Assembly: GCF_006345805.1 (NCBI RefSeq)
Contig: NC_043020.1
Coordinates: 558,001-622,000 of the forward strand
Direction: 5' to 3'
From: Octopus sinensis
Taxonomy: Eukaryota
Length of the DNA stretch: 64,000 bases
Shown here: positions 24,881 to 36,335 of the stretch, piece by piece
How positions within the stretch are numbered: position 1 is the first letter of the stretch
How the letters are laid out: the number at the start of each line of letters is the position of its first letter
Position numbers and translations under genes: made by a program
Notes under the pieces: generated by a model
Told to the model about the DNA's origin: nothing
What the model saw: only the letters and a program-made list of their open reading frames with translations
Database searches by the model: none

Positions 24881-24925
24881 CTGATGACAGGTGGCTTTTA
24901 TCGATAAAGATGTAGGGTTCTATTT
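24881..24925 (-). CDS. Putative 45-nt internal coding exon (exon C): (E)IEPYIFIDKSHLSS
   Basis: Acceptor cttctccctttcacag, donor CAG|GTAAGA. Only one of three frames is open, and it is the phase-1 frame required by exon B. Confidence 0.68.
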
Positions 24926-24986
24926 CTGTGAAAGGGAGAAGTTTTCGTGTATTTTTTTTTTTTTTAATATTTTTCTTAAAACTTAC

Positions 24987-25062
24987 CGAAGTGCCACAAG
25001 AACTGATTGCTGACTGCCTTCCTTTCTATTCTACCCATGTGATCTTTGTGAATAAAGACAGT
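24987..25062 (-). CDS. Putative 76-nt internal coding exon (exon B): TVFIHKDHMGRIERKAVSNQFLWHF
   Basis: Acceptor tccgtgcttctgttgtag, consensus donor TCG|GTAAGT; phase 0 in, phase 1 out. Confidence 0.68.
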
Positions 25063-25144
25063 CTACAACAGAAGCACGGATAGAGATTGATATTTCGACG
25101 AGAAAGATGGCCTTGTCTACCAAATCCAGCTGAAGTGAAAATAC

Positions 25145-25185
25145 CCAAATATAGTATAGCGAACCAGCTTCTTTTGTAATGTCAG
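25145..25185 (-). CDS. Possible 41-nt upstream exon (exon A): (x)DITKEAGSLYYIW
   Basis: Acceptor ctgctttgatctacag, weaker donor TGG|GTATTT; phase-0 end fits exon B; 82-nt intron. Confidence 0.4.
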
Positions 25186-25277
25186 CTGTAGATCAAAGCA
25201 GCTGGTATCACTGCTCATTTCTTTAATCCATTGTCAGTATTTATCACAGCCAATGCAGTGCTAAGGGATAGAAAAGC

Positions 25278-25318
<41 letters not shown>

Positions 25319-25461
25319 GAGACTGCTTGGTATAGGACATTCTTAAATGGTGATGAATTGGCAGATGGAATGTTTCATATTTTTTTTTTTAAGACAGTTG
25401 AAAGAATTTGAGGAAGATATGTCTGCTATTTCTAGCAGTCTGAATGATCACATTGACACTT

Positions 25462-25503
<42 letters not shown>

Positions 25504-26899
25504 GGCTTCAGTATGCACCTGTAATCATAGCTGGAACATGTTATCATCCTCATTACCATACTGACATAGTTGTATATTTTTCTGGAGCTGTTTCACGCCT
25601 GGAGGCTCTTGCTGTCACCAACTCTTGGTTACTTCTTATAACAGCAGAGAGGCAGTGTGCTTATTCTAAAAAAAAAGATATACATGATATGGTATCATTG
25701 GCTAAACTTGTTACTTCAGGTTAAGATAAAAATTCCCCCACTTTAACCGCTAAACACTGCATTTCTATGAGTGTTTCTGCTAAATAAACGCTTTTAATTT
25801 ATAAGAAGATGTTAGATGTCACCATCATAATGATAGTGATAGCAGAGGAGGAGATGCAAGTTCTCCTAATTAGAATCATATTTTCTGCTTGATATTTCTC
25901 TAATTAGTAGTGTTAGATATGTAGCCAGGGGGCGACTATAGGCAGTGTTAAGCATCATTGCATCATTGGGGTAGATGGTATTTTAGTTCAGATATTTGTG
26001 TTTAGGCTATAAACATAGGCAGTAGGAAAGCCAAACATTCTACATTTGTTCCGGCGTTTTAAATTAGTGTGTTATTTTGTTTTTGTTTTTCTTCTGATTT
26101 TAATGGTGTTTTTTGTTTTTAAATGGGGTTTGTTTGTATGTATGTGTTTGTGTGTTTGAGTCTTCTACAGTGTGAACAGAGAGAGAGAGAGAGAGGGAGT
26201 GGTAACTTGGTTCTTGGCTTAAGTGCTTTATTACACAAGACCAACAAGTTCGTTAGTGTTACAGTTGTTTCGTTGCAATGACAGTGACAGGATGTGAGGA
26301 GGTTAAAATGAGATTATTATTGTTTCATTTCTGATACCACCACGACCACCACCACTGCAACTGGAATACTTTTGCTTCTACATCCTTCTTAGAATACCTT
26401 TGATTATTTAACACCAAGTCGGTCCTGCTCAATCAGGACTGATTCAGTGTTAAACAGCAGCACCCTTTCTCTACCTCTTTCCTCCTTTTCCTCTGCTGCC
26501 CCTTGAAGTCTTCACTTAATGCCATTCTATATCTTTTTCCATTTATCTTCTATTCTTTACTTGTTTCTGTAATTGGACTGTGGCCATGCTGGGGCACTGC
26601 TTTGAAGGTTTTAGTCAAACAAATTGCCTCCAGTTCTTATTCTTTGACATCTGGTACTTTTCAGGAAAGATGTGAGAAAGGAGGAAATTCCAGGGCATCA
26701 ATGTTCAGCAGGAGGAGGGATTGGATATGGCCGTTACTGAAGGAAAGGTGTGTGGGTGTTGGAATAGGAGTGCAATAGATGGATCAGAAATACCTGAGTG
26801 GAGAAGTGTGAGATCAGTCAGCTCTGAGGAACAGAGACCATTAGAAAGAGAGAGAGAGAGAGAGAGAGAGTGTGGGTGTGTTTACATAATGTAGTTTCT

Positions 26900-27682
26900 T
26901 ATTTCTTTATTGCCCACAAGGTGCTAAACATAGAGGGCAAACAAGGACAGACAAAGGGATTAAGTCGATTATATCGACCCCAGTGTGTAACTGGTACTTA
27001 ATTTATCGACCCCGAAAGGATGAAAGGCAAAGTCAACCTTGGCAGAATTTGAACTCAGAACGTAACAGCAGACGAAATACCTATTTCTTTACTACCCACA
27101 AGGGGCTAAACACAGAGGGGACAAACAAGGACAGACAAATGGATTACGTCGATTACATCGACTCCAGTGCATAACTGGTACATATTTAATCGACCCTGAA
27201 AGGATGAAAGGCAAAGTCGACCTCGGCAGAATTTGAACTCACAACGTAGCGGCAGACGAAATACATATTTCTTTATTACCCACAAGGGGCTAAACACAGA
27301 GGGGACAAACAAGGACAGACAAATGGATTACGTCGATTACATCGACTCCAGTGCATAACTGGTACATATTTAATCGACCCTGAAAGGATGAAAGGCAAAG
27401 TCGACCTCGGCAGAATTTGAACTCACAACGTAGCGGCAGACGAAATACCTATTTCTTTATTACCCACAAGGGGCTAAACATAGAGGGGACAAACAAGGAC
27501 AGACATAGGTATTAAGTCGATTACATCGACCCCAGTGCGTAACTGGTACTTAATTTATCGACCCCGAAAGGATGAAAGGCAAAGTCAACCTCGGCGGAAT
27601 TTGAACTCACAACGTAACGACAAGCGAAATACCGTTAAGTATTTCGCCCGGCGTGCTAACGTTTCTGCCAGCTTGCCACCTT
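26900..27682 (-). mobile_element. SINE family B head-to-tail tetramer (one head, four 182-184-bp bodies)
   Basis: Unit starts at 26900, 27082, 27266 and 27450 on the plus strand; single head ends about 27682; units 2 and 3 differ at 2 of 184 nt. Confidence 0.93.
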
Positions 27683-27699
27683 GTAGTTGTGTAGCTAGA

Positions 27700-28586
27700 T
27701 GTGTTACCCAAGTCAACCCTTCGATATGCTCGGGCGGGCCCGTAAGTTTATAGAACAGATCCAAAGGTGTCAAGCGTCCTCCCCACCACCATAAAATGCA
27801 TCACCACCCACCCACCTACTGTTATGCTACTGCTGAATGTGTGTACATAATTGTCATACTATTTTTTGTTTGTTTATTTTTTTTTTAAAGACTTTTTTCT
27901 TTTCTTTTCTGTTACGTTCTGAATATTTCAATATCAATAACATTGGAAATCATTTTGTAACCTCCCCCACCACAACCACCACAACCACCACCACCATCGA
28001 CGACAACAACAACAACAACAACAATAAGACAATAATGAGTGAAACAAAAACGAGTCGAGGCAAAATAAGTAGAAAGAGAGAAGTGTGTGGAAAGTTGAGA
28101 TGCCGGGGTGGTGGTGAGGGGCGAGGAAGGAAAGGCAAAAAAAAAAAAACAAATGTAAAATATATAAGTTTATACTCCAATGGAAATGGCAGTTTAATAT
28201 TTGACATGCCATGTTCTTTGTAATGGCTTCCCTTCCAGGTCTAAACAAGTACTTGGTAGGTCTCCCTGTATCATTCACATTGTACAACACACCAATTAAA
28301 CTTACATATTTCCAGAGCATACCTGTTATTGTGACTGCGTATATGCGTGTACACGTGTGTTATGTTTTTGTTGGTGGTCTTTATGAATTTGTTATAGTTC
28401 GCGGCTTTTGTTTTGTGTTGTGTTTTAGCATCGATTCTTTAATAGTTTTTAATAATATTTTTTCCTTTTTTATTTTTCTTCTTCTTCTTCTTCTTCTTCT
28501 TCTTCCATTCTGCATTTGTGCTGTTAACTGGTTTTTTTATCAATTTATTGACGTCGATAATATCACTTTACGATGTGTGTGTGTGC

Positions 28587-28624
<38 letters not shown>

Positions 28625-28800
28625 AAGTCATTTTCGTACAACTTGACGTGTGAATCGAAAGGAAAATTATGATAAAGTTGACTCTGCTCCGAATATTTTC
28701 TTGGGCCCTCTCCATCAGTTAAACATTCTCGTCATTCCGAATGACGAGCTTTAAAATAATGAAACCCCATTTCAAGCATTTCTCTGTGTATATATGCACA
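27700..28800. promoter_or_regulatory. Possible promoter/5' region: non-TE stretch that looks CpG-retaining, with TGACG half-sites
   Basis: More CpG than the flanks by eye (not computed); TGACG at 28549, 28644 and 28742; hairpin ctcgtcatt-ccg-aatgacgag 28728-28748; minus-strand donor-like sites near 28322 and 28303. Confidence 0.25.
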
Positions 28801-28957
28801 TATATATATTTTATATATACATATATGAAATATGAGGTGGGTGTATATATATATGTGTGTGTTTATGTATGTGTGTGTCTGTGTATATATATATATGTAT
28901 ATATGTATGTATGTACATGTCTGTGTTTATATATATGTGTGTATATGTTTATGTGTG

Positions 28958-28988
<31 letters not shown>

Positions 28989-29290
28989 ATATGTATGTAT
29001 GTACATGTCTGTGTTTATATATATATGTGTGTGTGTGTATGTATGTGTGTATATATATATATGTGTGTGTGTATGTATGTATGTACATGTCTGTTTATAT
29101 GTGTGTGTGTGCGTGTGTATTAGTGTATATGTATGTATGAGTGTGTATTAGTGTATATGTGTGCATGTATGTGTGTGTATTAGTGTATATGTGTGCATGT
29201 ATGAGTGTGTATTAGTGTATATGTGTGCATGTATGAGTGTGTATATGTGTGCATGTACGGGTGTGTGTATGTGTGTGCGTGCATATCTTT
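28790..29290. repeat. Compound (TA)/(TG) microsatellite with gtgtattagtgtatatgt subunits
   Basis: Direct reading of the sequence. Confidence 0.92.
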
Positions 29291-29810
29291 ATACATACAA
29301 ATATTCACACTTAATCGAAATTTATAGACTTCATCTAAGTAAAATAAATACATTACTTTTTTTTCCCTTATTGTGCGTGATATGTTATTGATTCCTCTGC
29401 AATATGTTTTAACCTTGTTTCTTTCTTAGCTTTGGTCTAATAAAACTATTTTATTGAACTGCATTGAAAAGAAACCTTAGAAGCATTTTGTGAAACCTTT
29501 TAAATAGATAATAACTTATTTAATCAGGAGAAAAGCAATAGCAGTACCCTTGACCTATGCTATCCTCCCCACCTTAGACTAGCTCTGTTGTTGCTTAGCA
29601 CTTGGTCACACTTGGTCTTAGATGTTCCAAGTGCCACCATCTTGTGTCAGTTTGGGGGCAGAGTTTGGCATCTGTTGGACCTCAGATCTTTTCTAATTGT
29701 TTTTCACATTTAATGTATTTGTGGGACATTGAGCAGTTGAATGGTTTTTAGATAATCTTTTGTATAAAAGTACACAAACAAGTACAGGTGTTGCTGTTTG
29801 GTTCCAAATG

Positions 29811-30050
29811 ATTTCAATTCAATTCAATTTTTATTGGCTCAAAAAGCAAAAAGCAAGGTCATGTAAGGGGACAGGGAGTTATGTACAGGGAGGGTGGTCA
29901 TACAATGAGTTCAGGCCATTTCTGGTCAAGGGAGACTTTGAACCGAGCGGTCGTCGGCATCCTCACCATCTCGTCCGGCAGCCCACTCCACGGAACCGCA
30001 ACCCGGACGGAGAAAGCCCTTCTCCTTCGATTGAGATGAAATGGATATGT
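29811..30050 (-). mobile_element. CR1/L2-group LINE 3' end, CpG-rich (young-looking)
   Basis: Minus frame PFHLNRRRRAFSVRVAVPWSGLPDEMVRMPTTARFKVSLDQKWPELIV* (stop 29900-29898) matches the R-x-x-F-S-x-R-V-x-x-x-W-x-x-L-P motif; (TTGAA)n-type tail at 29811-29830. Confidence 0.82.
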
Positions 30051-31221
30051 TTTTGAACGATATGTTTTTGAAAAAGTATTTTATATTCAGATAAGTAAGA
30101 TAGGTATATTTTGTTTTGTATCTTGAGAGGGTCATTATGCCAATAATAAACACATGTACTGGTTCTGTTTCACTTCTTTATATTTTATTAGACAATTGGT
30201 TAATTATTTAATCAGTTATCTTATCAATTGTTTGATTAATCTTTCAGTCAATCAATCAGTTAACTAGGTTCGTTGAAATCCCTTTCTTGCCATTTGTGAC
30301 CTCATCATTAACATGCCCTCACTACTCTGTCTGCCTCAGGTCTGTCTGTCTGTCTGTCTGCCTCCTAGTTTATAGGTTGTGTATTTATATAGATGTGAGT
30401 GGGAATGTACTTGAGAGAGGAGAGAGAGAGAGAGAGAGAAAAAAAATGCAAAAAAGCAAAACAAGATGATATAAGCCATAGGAAGATTTGAACTGAAAAG
30501 AATATATCAAACTAAATGCTGGAAAATATTTTCAGTTGCAGCCTTCAGTCTGAATTCACGTCTCTCCGTCTTTAGTAACAGAATAGATCTTTTTTTTTTC
30601 TTCCTTATTTATTGACTGAAGAATATCTTTTCTCTTAGCCAACTGTGAACAATGAACATAACACAACTTGACAGATTTGTTTTTCAAAGACAAAGATAGA
30701 AATATCATATTTATGACAGTCTGTAGTTAATTGTCTGGTTGTAATATTTTCCTTTCTTTTTTTTTTTTTTTTTGTTTTCCTTCTGTAGAACTGTTTTGAT
30801 TTTTTTCCTTCGTCTTTTTTTTTTTTTTGGCTCGCTCATAATTGTCGGACTAAATAGGAGAAGATAAGGAACTGGTTTCTCTTCAAGAATTAGCAACATT
30901 TTATAAACAATAGTATTGGTTTGCTATTTTGTAGTCAATATTTTGCTTGAGATGGCCAAAAGATCCCCTCTGGATATAGTTTTATGTAGTAAAAAAAAAA
31001 AGAAAAAGAAAAAAAAAAAAAAAGATATAATCAATGACTAAGAAAAGTGTTGATTGTAGCTATAAAAAACACTATTTGTTTATTTTGCTTGTATATAAAA
31101 TAACTAGTTAAACATTAGATGTCTATTTTTCAAAAAATAACTCACTGAGGTCAGCTGCTTGGGGAGGTCATCTGCAGAAAAGACAATAGCTAAGTTAGTG
31201 TGAACATGTTTAATTCTTGCA

Positions 31222-31500
31222 TTCTTTTATATTCTTTTACTCGTTTCTGTCATTGACTGTGGCAACTGCCAAAGCCACCACCTTGAAAAGGTTAGGGGAT
31301 CAAATCGATCCCAAGACTTACTTTTGAAGCCTGGGACATATTTGTACTTATTCTTATAGGTGCAGGTATGGCTATCTTGCTCCCGAAGGATTTGGTTTCA
31401 TGGCACCTTGAGAAAGTGTCTTCTACTATAGACACACACCAACGAAAGTGAGTGGATTTGGTAGACAGAAACCAAAAGATGCTTGTTGTGTGTCTGTATA
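31222..31500 (-). mobile_element. Diverged SINE family A copy
   Basis: tcttttactcgtttctgtcattgactgtggc...gatcaaatcgatcccaagactta; a short plus-orientation head fragment (gtggatttggtagacag) is mixed in. Confidence 0.6.
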
Positions 31501-32216
31501 CATTGATGCATTTTCTTTTCTTTTTTTTTTTTTTTTTTGGTAGCACCAGAACTATAAGGGTAACCATGTCCACCAATACAACCAAAGAGAACTGGTTTTG
31601 CTTCTACTTTCTCACCAACCTCTCTACAGGGTGAGAGGCTTGAAAGAGAAAGAGAGAGAAGCATGAACAATAGTGACATCTCATAAGAGGGATGAGTGTC
31701 TGGGGTACTCAATATTCTGTGACATGTGCATACAATCAAGGTAATGTGAGGAAGAAGATAGCTCAATGACAGAAAGCAACGTGACTCAGGAAATTGTGAA
31801 AACTGAGGAAAGTACCTTGATATGCAGGTGAAAAGGAGTAAGAGTATAATGGCAGTTAGAGTGAGTAGTGTGTTGACTGTGAGGAGAGGAGGATGAGAAT
31901 AATTTTCTAATTATTTCTAATTAGATTGTTGATACTAGATTAAATTTCTTAATATTAATTTTACTAAGTTTCCAAATATTTCATTTACCAAGGGCATTTA
32001 AGGTAATAAAATAATTTACAATTAGGTCTCAAATTCCTATGACAGAATTTACTTTCCTGAAGCTTCCAATTTTTTTTTTTCTTTTTTTGCTATAATTACA
32101 ATGATTTATAATCTATGTGTAATTCCACACATTTTGAAAGGGATCGAGGGTACACACCTGTGTACTGAAGGTGCTACTGTACTGTCTTTGAATGCAGAAG
32201 TTGATGTTTCCATCAG

Positions 32217-32513
32217 GTGGTGAAGCAGTTCTGTAGGTGTTTCAGCTCCTTCCACTGTGACCCCAGGCCATGCCCACTACCAACCAGTACCACCTTTGTA
32301 GGCAACAGCACAACTCCACACAGCAACACAAGCTTTATTGAATCAGATGCTCTGACCTTAAGCAAGATGTTTCTATCATCCTCAACGCTTATTCCTGCTG
32401 CACCACTTGCCCTTTCTGTCTTAATCATATTTTATTCATACTTATTCATTTTATCGAGCTCCCTCAAGAACGACAGCCAAATTCCAGTGCGATTTCCCAC
32501 ACCTTTCTCATAA
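32217..32513 (+). CDS. Candidate terminal exon: Cys cluster, Ser/Thr-rich stretch, hydrophobic segment (product unknown)
   Basis: 98 open codons after ttgatgtttccatcag (AG 32215-32216); VVKQFCRCFSSFHCDPRPCPLPTSTTFVGNSTT..LALSVLIIFYSYLFIL..*; not repeat-derived. No partner exon or homolog recognised. Confidence 0.25.
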   Translation: MVKQFCRCFSSFHCDPRPCPLPTSTTFVGNSTTPHSNTSFIESDALTLSKMFLSSSTLIPAAPLALSVLIIFYSYLFILSSSLKNDSQIPVRFPTPFS

Positions 32514-33058
32514 GAAATTGTCACTGAAAGCGAAGACTTAATTAAACTATTTCTGTCAGAATTAAAAACCATCAAATGAATTCTGATCAGTAAATATCAT
32601 TATTACTGTGAGTAATCAGTGTTTTCACACATATCCATATAAATTTATGCATTCTAATTTCAAATTTTTGAGTCTGCAGTGTGTGACCTGAATAAGGAAT
32701 TGCATTGCATGCAGCAGAGTTTGATGCTGCTTAAACGGTCCTCCTTCCATCTATAAATTTATCATTGATACTCCAGCTAATCAAGTGATTATACTATGAA
32801 TATTTGGCATTGTAATACTGAAGATATTACTTGCCATTATAGTTTGCAGCTCATTAATTTAATTACTCCCATCTGGACTAATTACTCCACATTCAACTAA
32901 TTACTCCCCATTGATTAATCCTTACTATGATTTATCGTGTAATATTTAACTCCCACCTAAATTGGATTGCTGGCAGAATTGGTAAAGGATCAGGAAAACT
33001 GCTTTGCAGCATTTGTTCTTGTTTGCGACATTCTGAGTTCAAATTCCACTAAGGTCAA

Positions 33059-33543
33059 GATCTGCATAAGATCTGGTCATCAAATCTAAGTAGAGACTTC
33101 AAACTTGAAATCTTCAAAGCCACAGTCGAACCAATTCTACTATATGGCTCAGAAACCTGGACGTTATCAAAGAAGCTTGAGAGGCAGTTGGATGGAACCT
33201 ACACTCGCCTCCTTATGAGAGCTCAAAATCTCTCGTGGAGGCGTCATCCAACCAAAATGCAAATATATGGGAAACTACCACCTGTGTCATCTCTTGTGAA
33301 AGGTAGGAGAGTCCAGTTTGCTGGACATCGTTGTAGAGCTGAAAACGAGGCAATTTCTACTCTTCTCCTCTGGAAGCCATCTACTCGCAATACCAGAGGG
33401 CGCACACTCTCCTACCCTGATGTAATCTCCAGCGATACAGGCATCCAGCAACAGGACCTCCGTAATGCCATGATGGACCGTGAAGTCTGGCGTTGCATGG
33501 TAAATTCCATTGTCTTGACCACGGTCAAACAATGATGATGATG
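33059..33543 (+). mobile_element. 5'-truncated RTE-clade LINE with (ATG)n tail and 8-bp TSD, nested in an old SINE B
   Basis: Encodes IFKATVEPILLYGSETWTLSKKLERQLDGTYTRLL..QFAGHRCR..LLWKP..GRTLSYPDVI..DREVWR. TSD aaggtcaa at 33051-33058 and 33544-33551. Confidence 0.92.
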
Positions 33544-33771
33544 AAGGTCAATCCTTTTTATCCTCTTCAATTCAATATAGTACTAGTCAAGTGCTGTGGT
33601 CAAAAGTATCAATCTACCCTTAATTTTGTTGGCCTTGTGCTCCACCCTTAAAGGGAAAAACTGTTTTACCCTTTCCGTGTCCGAAGCATTTTCATTAAGT
33701 TTATCTTAAATGTTTGTGCTTGGTTTCAGACATTTAGTTAGCCCCTTTTTTCACATGTTCTGAGTAATATA

Positions 33772-34005
33772 TATTTCTTTACTGCCCACAAGGGGCTAAA
33801 CATAGAGGGGGCAAACAAGGACAGACAAAGGAATTAAGTCGATTATATCAACCCCAGTGCGTAACTGGTACTTATTTAATTGACCCTGAAAGGACGAAAG
33901 GCAAAGTCGACCTCGGTGGAATTTGAACTCAGAACATAACGACAGACGAAATACCGCTAAGCATTTCGCCCAGCGCGCAAACACTTCTGCCAGCTCACCG
34001 CCTTA
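33772..34005 (-). mobile_element. SINE family B full-length monomer with 14-bp TSD
   Basis: TSD ttctgagtaatata at 33758-33771 and 34006-34019. Confidence 0.92.
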
Positions 34006-34504
34006 TTCTGAGTAATATAAAGTTTCTTTTCATAAGTCCTAAGTTACTCTGGTGGTTGAAAAATGTTGTGAATGTGTATCATATATGAAGCATGGACACC
34101 AGGGAAATATGTCCTATGTATCAAATGTGATACACAGGATAGGCGAAAAGGTAAACTTCCTCCCCACGTTCCTTACAAAAATCAGAAACACCCCTTCTCT
34201 TTGAGCTATTTATTTGCATTAACTCTTAAATTTGTAATTTGTATTGTACTGTCTCTATTATCCTTTTGAGGTCAGTAGAATAAGTACCAGTTGATCGTTG
34301 GAGGTTGATGTAATCAACTTTCTCTTGTCCTCAGAATTACTGGTCTTGTGCCAAAATTAGAAAGAATTATTAGCATTCTTGGAAATATCCAAAAATTAGA
34401 AAGAATTCTTGGAAATATCCAAAACACACACACACATATGCTCACACACACATATGCTCTTACACACACACTGCATCACCTGTTTCTATTCTGGTCTCTC
34501 TCTT

Positions 34505-34625
34505 TTTTCTCTTTCTCTTTTTACCTGTTTCAGTCAATAGACTGCGGCCATGCTGGAGCACCGCCTTTAGTTGAGCAAATCGACCCCGGGATTTATTCTT
34601 TGTAAGCCCAGTACTTATTCTATCG
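34505..34625 (-). mobile_element. SINE family A 3' fragment
   Basis: cctgtttcagtcaatagactgcggccatgctggagcaccgcctttagttgagcaaatcgacccc. Confidence 0.8.
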
Positions 34626-35994
34626 GCCATTCAGATATCTGAATTTTCTCGTTACTAACTAAAACTGCTATTAATTACCGACTGTCACATGTTGTCATTC
34701 TTTTTAATAATTACGGGTAGATTTATAAATTCCTCTTGCTTACACTTGCCCCCGCCGTTTACCTCCCCCCCTCCAGAACCACCTCAGTGCTACTCGCCAC
34801 AGAACCCGACATCTTGGAATGTCAGATGGAAACAAGACATGCTGGAAATTATTATTTGCGAATTTTCAACCAGCTGGCTTTGTCTTCAAATTGAAATACT
34901 CTGCAGTAAATCCTTCAAATAATGAATGCCATCATTACCATAATCCAACGAGAACTTAGCCCTCTGGCTGCTTTTTCTTTAATATCTTATCTGTATTAAC
35001 TTCTCTTTTCTTTTTCTTTTTTTTTTTAATTCCACAGGCATCCATCATTCTTCTTTTGTGAGTTTCTTCCTGTGTTTTCTTTTACAGTCTCTCACATTCC
35101 ATGCCACATTTTCATTTATTCAAATATTGTAAATAGACGTGCACTGGTTGAGCAGGTAAAGTACTTGTTCTGGAAAACTGTCAGGAATGGCAGCGGCAGT
35201 GGGGGGGGGAGAGAGAGAGAGGTGTGGGTATCCATGCCAAAAGCACTGCTTTCAATTTCTAAACAAGGTTTATTTTCAAATCAACTATTCTTAATTCCAT
35301 GAGCTTCAAGTGAATAAAACCAGTTACATTCGGTAGGTTTTTTTTTCCCCCAGCAATGAAATGACCAAGTGAGTACAGAACTGGTTGGTTGTGCATTTAA
35401 GAAACTTATCTTTATCTTTGTAAACCATGGGGTTTCAAATTTGGTCCCCATTGTCTGGCAACCTTGACCAAGTGCCTTCTCCTATAGTGCTGTCAGTTGC
35501 CCAAAGCCTTGCACATAAAATTTGGTTCACAGGACTGCATGGTTCTGTATCTCTCTCTGTCTCTTTTCAAGATGATAGGATGTAATTTATGGAAGATTTG
35601 CCAGCTATTTCTAGCAGATTAAGCAACTGTTCCAATGCTGTCTCATTGGTTTATGGTTTTGTCAGCTCATATCATCAGGCCATTTAATTCTATGTTGCTA
35701 TTGTAGCAGACTTTTAGAGAATATTATTTGATAGACTGAGATCTTATTTCAGTGGTGTCCTTCTGGCCTGTGTATCTCTACTGAGATTGAAGCCAAGCAC
35801 CATTTTTGAGACCTTGCTCATAGTGGAAACATTTTCTTATCTCACTCCACTGTTGACTGAATAAGTATTGTACAAAAACATTTTTTTAAGTCAAAACTCA
35901 TTAATACTTATTTGACCGGCTGCTTAACAAAATATTCCTAAATTTTTCAAACCTACTCCGCCAACATATTGTGAGGAAATCAATGCAAAATTTA

Positions 35995-35998
35995 TGAT

Positions 35999-36035
<37 letters not shown>

Positions 36036-36066
36036 CATACACATACAAACACCTACTTGCATACGC

Positions 36067-36119
<53 letters not shown>

Positions 36120-36180
36120 CATGGACATTTTTACGCATACACATACCTACATGCATATATATACTTGCATACACATATAA

Positions 36181-36217
<37 letters not shown>

Positions 36218-36335
36218 AAAGCATGCACATATATACACATACAAACACCTACATGCATATATATATACTTGTATACACATAAATATATATATATATATAT
36301 ATACACACACATACATACTCACACACATATGTATA

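Noticed and set aside
27082-27265. Self-cleaving ribozyme inside the SINE B unit (would make it a retrozyme)
   Set aside because: GACGAAA and several hairpins are present, but no CUGANGA core in a compatible position on either strand and no HDV-like fold by eye; an Infernal search would settle it.
26983-27753. Recurring peptides such as WYLIYRPRKDERQSRPR and QIHSQGFGRPEAIVEDTCPRCHAVGLNPEP that look like a gene family
   Set aside because: They are translations of SINE B and SINE A; frames break differently in each copy.
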